A DNA stretch of 64,000 nucleotides, from positions 1-64,000 of the forward strand of contig CAXHJY010001609.1 in NCBI GenBank assembly GCA_964016885.1, given 5' to 3'. A program made the translations under genes and the position numbers. Position 1 is the stretch's first letter. Every line of letters begins with the position of its first letter. This document shows, one piece after another, positions 13,301 through 25,994 of this stretch. The stretch comes from Eledone cirrhosa. Taxonomy: Eukaryota. The notes under the pieces are model-generated. The model was given only the letters and a program-made list of their open reading frames with translations, made no database searches and was not told the DNA's origin.

Positions 13301-14379
13301 CAGGTAAGCTAACTAAGAACATAGATTTTATATGTGGCCAGTGCTCTGGTGCAATAAGTAGCAGCAAGTGCCCAGAGAATACTAGCTCATTCCATTGCAC
13401 AGATGGTTCTATAGAAATAGTGGACAGCTTCCGTTACCTGGGTGACAAAATCAGCAGTGAGGGAGGGTGCTCTGAAAGTACAGTAGCTAGAGTCAGAACT
13501 GGATGGAAAAAGTTAAGAGAGCTTATACCACTATTAACTGCTAAAGGGTTCTCCCTAAAAATGAAAGGCAGGCTGTATGATGCCTGCATACGAACAGCAA
13601 TGTTACATGGCAGTGAGACCTGGGCATTGTGTGCAGATGTTGTATGCAGACTGGAGAGGAACGAAGCTTGCATGCTCCACTGGATGTGTAATAGTAATAT
13701 ACGTGAACGCCAAAGCATAAACGAAGTAAGGGAAAAATTAGAAATAAGAGGGATCAGATGTTTACTTGATAGAAGACTACGTCGGTATGGTCACGTGATG
13801 CGCATGAAAGACGACAGCTGTATAAAAAAGTGCAGGGCAATAAAAATAGACGGTAGCCACGGAGTAGGCAGACCCAGAAAAACCTGGGACGACTTGATAA
13901 ATTCCGACCTCACACACTTACACCTCTCCAAGACAATGTCAGTGGACCGAGATCTTTGGCGCTACACAGTAATAGAGAAGACCCGCCTTACCTAAGTACA
14001 AAGTGAAACCTACTACAGTCAGTAGGCACCTCTAACAAAATACACCCCCATCCCACTACCCCCACACCATCCACACCACCCCCCCTTTCAATGTAAAGTT
14101 ATGTTGGTACCACAACATCCAGCCCGAAACAAATGAGGTCGTGTAGGTGTCACGACAAAAAAACACACAGTCCACGCTGTAATGTGGCCGTGTAGGTAAC
14201 ACGGTAAAAACCTCCCAGCCCCACACTGTAAATGTGGTTGGTGTTAGGAAGGGCAACCAGCCGTAGAAAACGCGCCAGACAGTCCTATGCGAGCAAGACA
14301 ACCACTCTTGCCTCAAGTGGGAAAACTCCCGTCCAAACCCATGCGAGCGTTGAATATGGACGTTAAATGATGATGATGA

Positions 14380-14384
<5 letters not shown>
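10383..14384 (+). mobile_element. Near full-length RTE-clade LINE (5' UTR, APE endonuclease, RT, PHD finger, 3' UTR, (GAT)n tail)
   Basis: Endonuclease motifs LRVGTMNVGTL, QETRW, AYAPQ, GDLNGHVG, SQIDY, SQHR; RT motifs QFGF, DLEKAFD, GVHQGSVLSP, YADD; ends TAAATGATGATGAT; flanked by (TA)n; 5' boundary approximate. Confidence 0.95.
10960..13995 (+). pseudogene. Disrupted RTE APE-RT ORF
   Basis: Frameshifts near 11036 and 12490, stop at 13207-13209; track ORFs 11100..12518, 12604..13209 and 13420..13995 are its pieces. Confidence 0.93.
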
Positions 14385-14434
<50 letters not shown>

Positions 14435-14471
14435 GAAAATAAACCAAAGAAGCCTTCAATACATCAAAAGT

Positions 14472-14525
14472 CTTTATTAGTCAACAATGTTTCGTCCTAT
14501 TAAGGACTCATCAGGGCAGTTAAAG
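14472..14525 (-). ncRNA. Minimal type I hammerhead ribozyme motif (Penelope type, partly decayed)
   Basis: Minus strand CTTTA..GCC-CTGATGA-GTCC-TTAATA-GGAC-GAAAC-ATT-GTT-GAC..TAAAG; core and stem II intact, proximal stem I imperfect. Confidence 0.6.
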
Positions 14526-15234
14526 CTACAAGAAGCACTATCAGCCAATACAAGCCGAAAACTCAGAAGAATATGGAGTGTACATAGATTAAAGCATGGG
14601 AAAATAAAAAATATCAAGTGAAAAATTGCTAAGGAAGTAACATTTTGAACCATATTTACAAATATAGTCCAAAGTAGAAACTAGAGCTAAAACAGAGGTG
14701 GTGATATAGAGCGGGTATTATTGTACTATATATAATATAATATAATATAATATAATATATATATATATATATATGAATAAAATTAGTCCTTCATCAGTGA
14801 TCTTCCAGCCTTCATTGGTATTTCATCACTTTAAAGACCATATACCTCTGGTTGGTGTGAGCAACGGCTAAAGAAAGTCGTTGGGACACGTAAATAGGGG
14901 GAAGGAGCGAGACAGTAAACAAACAAAGATGGTAATGCAACGAAAAGTGAGGAAGAAGGAGTCAAGTCCCTGAAATTGATGAACATAAGTTCTGTGAAAT
15001 CGTAGACGAGAGAATAAAGATCATCCGACCTGGTCGAAATGTGAGCGAGGAAAGAGTCTCGCACAGGTCAAACGGGAGGAAGTGATGGAGAGGGAGTAGC
15101 AGAGAATATATATATATATATACATATATCTCAAGGGCAGTGCCCCAGCATGGCCTCAGCCTGATGGCTGGAACAGGTATAAGAATTAAAGAATATAATA
15201 TATATGTGTATATTCATATATTGTATTTATCCTT

Positions 15235-16960
15235 ATCACAATTTAAACTCCATTTTACATGCTAGCATGGGTCAGACAAGTTGTCCTATTGTGTGAAAAC
15301 TTAGATCAAATAACCCTGCCTTGCTCATGCAATAACCATTTCTGGTTGGTTTCTATGGCTGGATGCCCTTCCTAACTCCAACCACATTTACAGGGTGGAC
15401 TTGGTATTTATTGTTGTGTTGCTAACATGTCCAACTCACAGGGTGGACTGGGTGCTTTTTGTCATCATCATGAAAACCACCAGCTAAGAAAGCAGACTTG
15501 GTGCTCTTTGTCGTGTCACCAATTTGACCACTTTGAAGGGTGGTTCGGGTGCCTTCAGTCTTAGCACTAGCATGACCACTTTACAGGGTGGTCTAGAGGC
15601 CTCTTGTCATGTCTACATCACTGGGTGAACTGGGTGCTTATTTGTCATGTCACCAGCATGACTACCTTGCAGGGAGGGTTAGGTGCTCTTTTGTCATATT
15701 ACCTAACAGAGAGGACTCTGTGTTCTTTTGTCATGACACTTGCATGACCACCTTACAGGGTTGCCTGAGGGTTTAGCCATTTAAGCAGCATTGGAGGAGA
15801 GCATGTTAAGCTTTCCATACTTGTATACATGGGTTGGTCAAGAGAGGTGAATCAGATGTGGAAGTGGGGGTGTGGTTGTGTGTATGTAGGGTGGAGATTG
15901 GCGAGGTAGGTCAGGGTGGTGTACTTAGCTGGTAAGGGGGTGGAGTGTTAAGATGTGGAGAGGAGGAAAATTGGACCATACTTCAAACCACTTAATGTTG
16001 CTTCAACCCGTGGACATGGGAATGCAGGTCTCCTGCAGTACTGTATAACGCCAGAGATTTCAATCCTGTGTCATCACCTTTGAGAGGTACAATGGTGTCA
16101 GGTCAGTTTTTACCTCCTCATCCCAAGCTTTCCTAGGTCTTCCTCTTCCATCAATTTCAAGCGGTCAACCTTTTATACAGCATCTCTACCTTCATACACA
16201 TCACATGTCCATACCACAGCAATCTCCTCTCCTGCATACTGTATCTTATCCCTCTCATGCCCAGGTTCTCTCTCAGTTTATTTACACTTTGCTCTTCATG
16301 TATATTAATATTACACATCCATCGGAGATTCAAGCTTCATTTCTATCCAATCTTCGGAGGTCCTCTGCACACACCGCCCAGATCTCACTGCAATGCAGCA
16401 GTGCTGTTCATATACAGACATCAATTTGATGAAACAACCTTTTGTAGCTAGCAGCAGTAGTAGCACCCTAAACCTCTGCCATCTTGTTCAACTCTGGTTA
16501 CTGTACTTTCAGTACACCTACCTCCACTGCTTATTTGGTCACCCTGGTAAGAGAAACTGTCAACTGTTTCTATGGAACCCTTTAAATATTTGATAGAGCT
16601 TGTCTCCTAAAGTGATTGCGTCTCACTGCTCCAGTGCAGTGACCCCATGTAAAACCTACATTCTTAGCTAACTCACCTTGTATCCCACTAAATCTCTGGT
16701 GTACCCATAGTCTCTTTAGTGTAAATAATTGTTTCTACTTTTGGCACAAGGCCAGCAATTACCTAGTACATTACTGGTACTTTATTTTATCGACCCCGTA
16801 AGGATGAAAGGCAAAGTTAACCTCGGCGAGATTTAACTCAGATCATAAAGGGCCATAACTATGCTAGAAAGCATGACTTCTGACCCTCTACCGATACTGC
16901 CAATTCACCACCCTTTAGTGTAAATAATGTTTCATACACAGAACATGTATGTGTGACCAT
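15235..16960 (-). mobile_element. Degenerate RTE 3' portion with repetitive 3' UTR (paralog at ~31110-32790)
   Basis: Reverse complement resembles the RTE PHD/C-terminal region and carries the AGGAAGGGCATCC block and tail. Confidence 0.8.
16730..16912 (-). mobile_element. tRNA-derived SINE with 16-bp TSD (paralog at ~32564-32749)
   Basis: Flanked by the direct repeat CTTTAGTGTAAATAAT; inserted into the RTE fragment. Confidence 0.9.
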
Positions 16961-17199
16961 TGGTTTCTGAGTCCACTTATGGCTACCACTGTTTAATGGG
17001 GGGAGGCACTTCCAAACAGACCCTTCCTTAGGCATGCTGACAAATATATTAAAAGGAAGTTCTTTCCTCCAACAATTTTCACCCAAAACAGAGGAGAGTT
17101 TCATTTTGTCAAAAAGGGAGGTAAATCCTTAGTGGTGGAATTGTCAGGCTTAATTATATATGTAATTAGACACACACAGAAGTGGTTGATTGCTTTTAC

Positions 17200-17765
17200 A
17201 ATCTAGGTGACTTAATTAGCAGTGGAGGAGGCTGCTCTGAAAGATGAATAGCTAGAATAAGGATAGGATGGAAAAAGTTTAGAGAGCTACTGCAACAGTT
17301 GACCACAAATGGTTTCTCTCTCTGTAAAAAAGGACAACAGTATGACACATGTGGGTGATGTGCAATGATGCATGGTAACGAAACAAGGGTGTGACTGCAG
17401 AGGATATGTAGACTGGAGAGAAATGCAACAACCATGTTTTGTAGGATATGTTGTGTAAGTGTGAGAGAAAGGGAGAGCTTGGACAAGTTCAAGAAGAAGC
17501 TGGGTTTAAGAGTGAGCTGAAGTGGTGTGTAAGAGAGAAGACTGTGTACGGACATGGGATGAACATGGATAATAACCACTGGGTGATGAAGTGCCAGGAA
17601 ATCCCTGTAGAAGGAAGCCATAGTAGAGGTAGACAAAGAAAGACAGAGGAGATGACAAAGGAACACAACAAGTTGAAAGATGCCGTGCTGAGAAGGACCT
17701 GTACAATCAAAGGAAGAATGGAAAAACGGACATAAAAACAGTGATGATGTAGATGAAGATGACGT
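17200..17765 (+). mobile_element. RTE 3' fragment downstream of the ZNF gene (homologs at ~33035-33650, ~35845-36345, ~48855-49350)
   Basis: YLGD.ISSGGGCSE..GWKKFREL..GRPRKTW-like sequence and GAT-rich tail. Confidence 0.85.
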
Positions 17766-18498
17766 ACATATACACACATATATAATCAAATACTTATATA
17801 CAAACACAGATAAATCAAATACAGATATACACATACTTATATACAAACACAGATACGAACATATACATAGACACAAATTTCTACACACATACATTCACAT
17901 ATATATAGCGTATGTAAATTCTGAACAATACAGTTTTGTCAGCACAAGTCTTGGTTACAACTTCTACAAATAAAATGAAAGGAGAATAATTTCTTAGTAA
18001 AACAGTTTTATTCAAAATATTAACAACATTGGTGGCATTCTTTTAGGTGAATGACATGGTTTTTATCTTGTCTAATTGTGTTGCATTAAGTAATCTTTAG
18101 AAGTTAATTACTTACCACAGACATCACGGTGATATAGTTCCTCTCCTGTAGATGTTAGTGTGTAGTGAAGTCACAGAATTTAGAGAAGCATTTACCACAG
18201 ATATCACAGTGATATGGTTCCTCTCCTGTATATGTTAGTGTGTAGTGAAGCGACAACATTTAGACAATGAATTATCACAGACATCACAGTGATATGGTTC
18301 CTCTCCTGTATGTATATTTAGAGAATGATTTACCAAATATATCAAAGTGATATGGCTTCCCAGCTGTATGTATGTGTGTGTGTGTAGTTAATGTAACATT
18401 CAAAGAGAAAGATTTCCCTCAGATGTCACAATGATATGTATTTGCATTCTCATTAATTCACAAATTTGAGGGAATGATTTATTTTTGATGTCAATGCC

Positions 18499-19850
18499 TT
18501 ATGATTTCTCTTCTGCATGTATAAGTTTGTGAGTAGTTAAGCTACTTTTACCAGAGAATGATATACCACAGATATCACAGTGATATGGCTTCTCTCCTGT
18601 ATGTGTACGTATGTGTCTAGTTAAGGTACTACTTTCAGAAAATGATATACCACAGATATCACAGTGGTATGGCTTGTCTCGTGTATGTATACGATTGTGA
18701 GTAGTTAGGCTACTTTTCCCAGAGAATGATATACCACAGATATCACAATGATATGGCTTGTCTCCTGTATGTGTACGCATGTGTCTAGTTAAGTGACTAC
18801 TATCAGAGAATGATATACCACAGATATCACAGGCTTGTCTCCTGTATGTGTACGTATGTGTCTAGTTAAGTGACTACTTACAGAGAATGATTTACCACAG
18901 ATATCACAGTCGTATGGCTTGTCTCCAGTATGTATACGTTTGTGGCTAGTTAAGTTACCACTTTGAGAGAATGATAAACCACAGATCCCATAGTGATATG
19001 GCATGTCTCCTGTATGGGTATGCTTGTGGCTAGTTAAGTTACTACTATCCGAGAATGATATACCACAGATATCACAATGGTATGGCTTGTTTCCTGTATG
19101 TGTACGTTTATGTCTAGTTAAGGTATTACTTTGAGAGAATGATTTACCACAGATATCACAGTGATATGGCTTGTCTCTTGTATGTATACGTTTGTGGCTA
19201 GTTAAGGCACTTCTTTGAGAGAATGATATACCACAGATATCACAGTGGTATGGCTGGTCTCCTGTATGGGTACGTTTGTGAGTAGATAAGTTACTACTAT
19301 CAGGGAATAATTTACCACAGATATCACATTGAAATGGCTTGTCTCCTGTATGTATACGTTTGTGGACAGTTAAGGTACTACTTTGAGAGAATGATTTACC
19401 ACAGGACTCACAATGATATGGCACGTCTCCTGTATGCATACGTTTGTGCTTAATTAAGGTACTACTTTCAGAGAATGATTTACCATAGATATCACAGTGA
19501 TATGGCTTCTCTCCTGTATGTATACGTTTGTGATGAGTTAAGCTACTACTTTGAGAGAATGATTTACCACAGATATCACAGTGATATGGCTTCTCTCCTG
19601 TATGTATACGATTGTGGTTAGTTAAGGCACTACTTTGAGAGAATGATATCCCACAGAACTCACAATGATATGGCTTATCTCCTGTATGTATACATTTGTG
19701 TCTAGTCAAGGCACTACTATCAGAGAATGATTTACCACAGATATCACAGTGATATGGCTTCTCTTCTCTAACCTTCGTCATCTCACCAGTAATACTAAAC
19801 ATTTTCGATTGTGTTTCACATTTAATCTTTTCACTCAATTCATTTTCCAT
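18499..19850 (-). pseudogene. C2H2 zinc-finger gene A (15 fingers, frameshifted after finger 11)
   Basis: ATG at 19850; CxxC-x12-HxxxH repeats with TG(D/E)KPY linkers; 7-nt deletion at ~18830; C-terminus HAEEKS; a 353-aa truncated product remains possible. Confidence 0.9.
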
Positions 19851-20197
19851 AATGATTTCTTCTTCAACAGAATATACAAATGTTTTACTTGTAATATTTT
19901 TTATATTATATTCCTTAAAAATATATCTTCTATATTTCCCTCAACTATATTTCAGTTAATATCTGAAGATAATACAAGCTTCTTTTTCATCCAAGTTTAG
20001 TTAAAATACAAAATCATCTCATAGTTAAGAAAATAAACTCAGTTTTGAGGAAATATTTCACAGTAATTCAATGACAGATTTATATAAACAGTGTTATATA
20101 AGTTCTGTTAAGAAAGTTTTAGTCTTCAAATGATGATAAATAGAGGTGATGTATCCGAGATTGAAAATAATAACTTATCCCAATGTCATCTGATATT

Positions 20198-20222
20198 CTG
20201 AAATAAGAAAGAAACAGTATGA
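20198..20222 (-). promoter_or_regulatory. 3' splice acceptor of the ZNF coding exon (paralogs at ~38847 and ~51724)
   Basis: Minus strand CTGTTTCTTTCTTATTTCAG|AATATCAG, conserved in three units. Confidence 0.7.
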
Positions 20223-20955
20223 GATAATACAGAATACTTAAGAAGCAGAGATAGACTTAACAGTGGAAATTTTTTATTTCTATATTGGTAAACTGTAGAT
20301 ATCAACTTTACTGTCCAGAGCAATTCTCTCCAATGTAGGCACTGGTATTCCAGCATGCTCTATAAATTATATCCTTCTATCTCTTCAGAGGGCCAACCCT
20401 GGCCAGACTTGCCTCCTGGCGTGGATGACCCATCTAACCCATGCAATAATGGAAAAGTGGACGCTAAATGGTGATGATACATATATATATCTATATCCCA
20501 CTCACACTGGACATGTAAAAGACACAGCAAAAAGCACCCAGCCGACACTGTAAAGTGGACATGTAGGTATCTTAGGCACCCAGTCCACACTGTCAATGTG
20601 GTTGGCGTTAAGAAGGGCATCCAGCCATAGAAAGCTAGCCAGAAACACCCCTATATGAGTGAGACACGGTCACCTGACCCAACTTGCCTCTAAATGGGAC
20701 CCGTCTAACCCATGCTAGCGTGGAAGATAGACATTAATTGATGATGATGATATATAATTAAATGTTGTAGTTTGCTTGAAGCATTCTATATAATATATAA
20801 CGTTGAAAGAGATAGAAGGCTAAACAATGCAAAATGGACTGTAAGATGAGGTAAGGAAAAGTAAAAGTTACCTGGTAATCTTTGTTTGTTTTTTATTGTT
20901 GTTCTTTTATTTGTCCAATATTTTGGGACCTAAAAGTCCTTTCTTCAGGGTTTAA

Positions 20956-21421
20956 CCCTTTAGCATTTACACTACTCTATATATACTATTATATTTCCAT
21001 GGTAATGTCTTTATCTCACATAACATTTACACTACTCTATATATACTATTATATTTCCATGGCGGTGGATTGGCAGTATCGGTAGAGGGTCGGACGCCAT
21101 GCTTTCCAGTATAGTTACGTCCCTTTACGATCTGAGTTCAAATCCCGCCGAGGTTGACTTTGCCTTTCATCCTTACGGGGTCGATAAAATAAAGTACCAG
21201 TAATGCACTGGGTAATTGCTGGCCTTGTGCCTAAAGTAGAAACAATTATATTTCCATGGTAAAGTCTTTACCTCACATATGTCACGAATCTTTGAGATTT
21301 TGATATTATTTACATTGAGAACAATACCTTAACATCAGTATGAGTGGCCAATTACAGCTGTTTTAAAAAGAAAAGGTGGACAAAATTCTGGCTAGTTATG
21401 GCCAGTTTAAATGTGAAAGGG
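20956..21421. mobile_element. piggyBac-like TTAA MITE carrying a SINE insertion
   Basis: TTAA|CCCTTTAGCATTTA...TAAATGTGAAAGGG|ATAA; uninterrupted homolog at 56886-57090. Confidence 0.75.
21061..21247 (+). mobile_element. Full-length tRNA-derived SINE (second family) with TSD
   Basis: A-box-like TGGCAGTATCGG, B-box GAGTTCAAATCC, TSD ATTATATTTCCAT; further copies at ~46335-46520 (-) and ~60638-60790 (+). Confidence 0.9.
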
Positions 21422-21526
21422 ATAATCAACTTTCAGTGGATAATGTTCCAATTTCCTCTCTTTGGGATTAAATTTTGATTTTGATTAAAAAGTTTTCTAA
21501 GTCGTTTTCAAGCATTTTATAAAATT

Positions 21527-21800
21527 GATGGAAGATGTGAAGTAGGAAGACCTGGGATGAGGTGATAAAAGCTGACCGCACACAATTGATGGGAGCTGTG
21601 AAGTAGGAAGAGCTGGGATGAGGTGATAAAAGCTGACCGCACACAATTGATGGGAGCTGTGAAGTAGGAAGAGCTGGGATGAGGTGATAAAAGCTGACCT
21701 CACACAATTGCACTCCTCAAAGACAATGACACAGGATTGAGATATTTGGTGTTATACAGTAATATAGAAGACCAGCCTTCCCTAGCATGGGTATCAATAA
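21527..21800 (+). repeat. RTE 3' end with ~61-bp unit tandemly triplicated
   Basis: CTGGGATGAGGTGATAAAAGCTGACC x3, corresponding to the RTE 'TWDEVIKADL' codons. Confidence 0.8.
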
Positions 21801-22055
21801 CTCCCACATGGACATCAATACACATCTATATATACACACATTACTATATACACACCTAACATATCGAAGACACCCGTCGAACACGAATGACCATGTGATT
21901 GGCAACTAGAAAGTTCCCCTCTGAGGCACAGGTCTGGTTGTTTGAGGAAGACCAGCAGTCACCCAAGTATACCAGTCTACCCTCTCCATGCCACAGATGT
22001 TGTCCAAGGGAAAGGTAATGGCTGATACAGCTTGGAACTTCACTACATATATATA

Positions 22056-22951
22056 AGAGGTGTGTCAGAAAAGTTCCAGGACTGATGTCACAAAAGATTT
22101 ATTTCAAACCCAAACTTCACACTAAGAGTTATCTCCTTCAAAGTAATCCCCCTGGAGTATGTAACTGTAATCTTAGCTCTCTGCAGCAATCAAACTTTTT
22201 TCTTCATAATTTTATATACATGTCCTCTGTTTCAGGTCGTCAAGCAATGAGCACAGAGCAACGAACAAACTTGAAAACTCCGTCAGAAACACTGGGATTG
22301 CTGCAGCAAGTGTATGGAGATGAGACGATGTCACGCTCACGTGTTTTTGAGTGGTGCAAGAGGTTTAAAGAAGGATGTGACGACATGGAAGATGACCCCA
22401 GGAGCGGAAGGTCCTCAACAACCAGGACTGAAGTCAACATTGAGCGCGTCAGGCAGATGGTGCGTAGCAATCGTCGGCTGACTGTTCGACTGATGGCAAA
22501 TGAGCTGGGCATGAATCGGGACAGCGTGTGGAAGATTCTCACTGAAGATTTGGACATGCGGAAAGTCTGCGCGAAGATGGTGCCAAAACTGCTGAACGAT
22601 GACCAGAAGGGTCAACGCGTGCAAGTGTGCCAGGACATCCTCGAGTGGCTTGAAACTGAACCAGACTTGCTAGGGACAGTCACCACCGGTGATGAGTCAT
22701 GGATCTTCGAGTACAACCCGGAGGGGACCCGTTTTGAAGACGTGGACAACATCAAAAATGCTATGATGATGGAACTGTGGAGGGTCCTGGAAGAATCCTT
22801 CCAGGAGTGCATGCAAGCGTGGTAGAAAATGATGGAAAAGTGCATTAGACTCCAGGGGGATTACTTTGAAGGAGAAAACTCTTAGTGTGAAGTTTGGGTC
22901 TGAAATAAATCTTTTGTGACATCAGTCCTGGAACTTTTCTGACCCACCTCA
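22056..22951 (+). mobile_element. Internally deleted mariner DNA transposon with ~100-bp inverted ends
   Basis: TA-flanked TIRs GAGGTGTGTCAGAAAAGTTCCAGGACTG; ORF 22085..22825 has the HTH region (SRSRVFEW..GR), KVCAKMVPKLL and TGDESWIFEYNPE; most of the catalytic domain is deleted. Confidence 0.93.
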
Positions 22952-23194
22952 TATATATATTATATATATATATTTACACTGTCTACATTATATATCATAC
23001 ACTATATATGTTGTCCATGGGAAACTCAATGGCTGATAAGCTTGATACTAGTGACATCACAACATATATATACACTATATTATATATACACTGTGTACAA
23101 TATATATATACAATATATATGATGTTGTCCAAGGGAAAGGCAATGGCTGACACAGCTTGACACCAGTGACATCACAACATATATATATATAACT

Positions 23195-25320
23195 TATATC
23201 CCAGACTTCCATAGATTATTTCTATTCTACAGCTATCTCTCTTCCCCAGTTTCAAAATGTTCTGTTTACGTTATTATTATTATCATTTACTTGTTTCCAC
23301 AATGTATATACTTAGACCTTGTTTTTGATATAAACCATGTTGGACATTGTCTCTTTCTCTACAAACTCATCCCTAACCCCCACCATTACCTCCCCTTTCT
23401 CTTTCGGTGTTTACGAAGCTAGGTGACCATCTTCGAAATTCTTGCATACTTGCCTTGTCTAATATGTCTACTTATATCTGCTTATTTCACCCAAATCTCC
23501 TGTGATGATATATGTCATGATGGCTACTTATCTCACATTTTCCCACTCCCCACCATAGGCTATTTGACCAATCAAACCTCAGCGACATGTCCTTACCTAT
23601 TACCAGCCCCAGCAAACTCTGCCATTACTACTACTGTCCTTCTAGCCCTTACCAGCCCCAACAAACTCTGCCATTAATACTACTGTCCTTCTAGCCCTGC
23701 ACCAAAGAATTCTTGTTCACCATTATGTATGGAGGAGCGAAGGATAAATGGAACAACCCCGAATAAATAAATGAATATGAATCCGCAAGTTACCAAGCAC
23801 CCATGCGAAGCTTTAATTCAGAGACAGGAAGCATACACACTCCCCCGCAAAAATTCACCCTCTCCCACAAATGATGGCAAATGTTCAAAACTCTGAGTTG
23901 GCAGCATCAACATAAGCACAATGGAAGGAAGGGAAGGAGAAATTATAGACATGCAAGAGTGAAAGGATATTGACGTATGCTGTGTGCAAGAGACTAGATG
24001 GAGAGCACAGTCCACTAGAGTCCTTGCAGGCAAAAGTCAGTGCTATAAATTTTTCTGGGTGGGAAATGACAAAGGGATGGGTGGTGTAGGTATACTATTA
24101 TCTGACAAATGGGTAGATAAGGTAATAACCACACATATTGTTAACCAGGTAATACTAGAGGGTGTCATACCAAAGGATTGGTGCAGCAGCATCATCGTCA
24201 ACTGCTACAAGGGTAAAGTAGATGCACTAGATAGAATAAACTATAGAGGTATAAAGCTGATGGACCAGGTCATGAAAGTAATGGAAAGAGTCATAGCACA
24301 GTTTATAAGGGACTGGGTAAAACTAGATGAGATGCAGTTTGGGCTTGTGACAGGAAAAAGCACCACTGATGCCCTCTTCCTTGTGATGCAGTTACAGGTA
24401 AAGTACCTAGCTAAAAGTAAGCCGCTCTACCTGGCTCTTGTCGATATGGAAAAAGTCTTCAACAGAGTGCCCGTGTTATAAGCTGGTCGTCTCTTAGAAA
24501 ACTAGGTGTAGATGAATGGCTTGTGAAAGCTGTACAAGCCATGTATAGGGGAGCAGTCAACAAAGTTAGGCTTAACAATGACTCTGGATGTTCAGAAAGT
24601 ACAATAACTAGGGTAAGAACTGCTAGCTGCAAAAGGCTTTTCCCTCAAAATAAAAGGCAGACAGTATGATGCGTGCATACGAACAGCAATGTTACATGGT
24701 TGTGAGACCTGGGCGCTGTCTGTCGAAGACTTGCGTAGATTAGAAAGAAACGAAGCCTGCATGCTCCGATGGATGTGTAATAGTAATATACGCGAACGGC
24801 AAAGCATTAACGAATTGAGAGAGAGACTGAGCATAAGAGGAATCAAATGCTGTGTGCAGGAGAGGCGGTTGTGTTGGTATGGACATGTGATGCGTATGAA
24901 GGATGACAGCTGCATAAAAAAGTTCAGAGCACTAGAAGTCAATGGACACCGCGGAGTGGGGAGACCCAAGAAGATCTGGGACGAGGTGATAAAAGCCGAC
25001 CTTACCCAATTGCACCTCTCAAGAGCGATGACACAAGACCGTGACCTCTGGCTTCATGCGGTAATACAGAAGCACATAGACAATATACCCCTACTCCCTC
25101 TCACTGTAAAGTGGCCCTGGAGGTGTCACAACAAAAAAGCACCCATCACTCACTGTGAGGTTGGTGTTAGGAAGGGCATCCAGCTGTAGAAATCAAGCCA
25201 AAATCAGTTCCCATCTGAGCAAGACAAGGTCACCCCACCTGGCACTGCCCACAACAGGACAACCTGTCTAACCCATACTACCGTGGAAGAAGGGACGTAA
25301 AACGGTGATGATGATGATAT
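23195..25320 (+). mobile_element. Internally deleted RTE LINE (second lineage) in the ZNF intron
   Basis: 5' UTR, QETRW endonuclease start fused to RT (QFG..DMEKVF), 3' end GRPKKIWD, (GAT)n tail. Confidence 0.88.
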
Positions 25321-25994
25321 ACATATATTTACACTGTGTACAGTATATATACACTATATATAGATTATACAGTATATATACACTATATATATTATACAGT
25401 ATATATACACTATATATGATGTCCAAGAGAAAAGCAATGGCTGATACAGCTTGGTACCAGTGACATCACAACATATATATATACTATATATATACACAAT
25501 GTATATATTATATATACACTGTGTACAGTATATATACACTATATATATGTCCAAGGGAAAGGTTATGGCCGATACAGCTGGGGACTAGTGACATCACAAC
25601 ATATATATATACAATATATATTATACAGTATATATACACTATATATATTATACAGTATATATACACTGTATATATTATACAGTATATATACACTATATAT
25701 ATTATACAGTATATATACACTGTATATATTATACAGTATATATACACTATATATATTATACAGTATATATACACTGTATATATTATACAGTATATATACA
25801 CTGTATATATTATACAGTATATATACACTATATATATTATACAGTATATATACACTGTATATATTATACAGTATATATGTCCCACCCTTGCAAGCAGGGA
25901 AAAGTGGACGTAAATGAAATGAAATTGAAATGAAATATACACTATATATATATATACAATATATATATTATACAGTATATATACACTATATATA

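Noticed and set aside
14780-14805. Minus-strand CACTGATGAAGG hammerhead start
   Set aside because: No stem II partner or GAAA; cut off by a microsatellite
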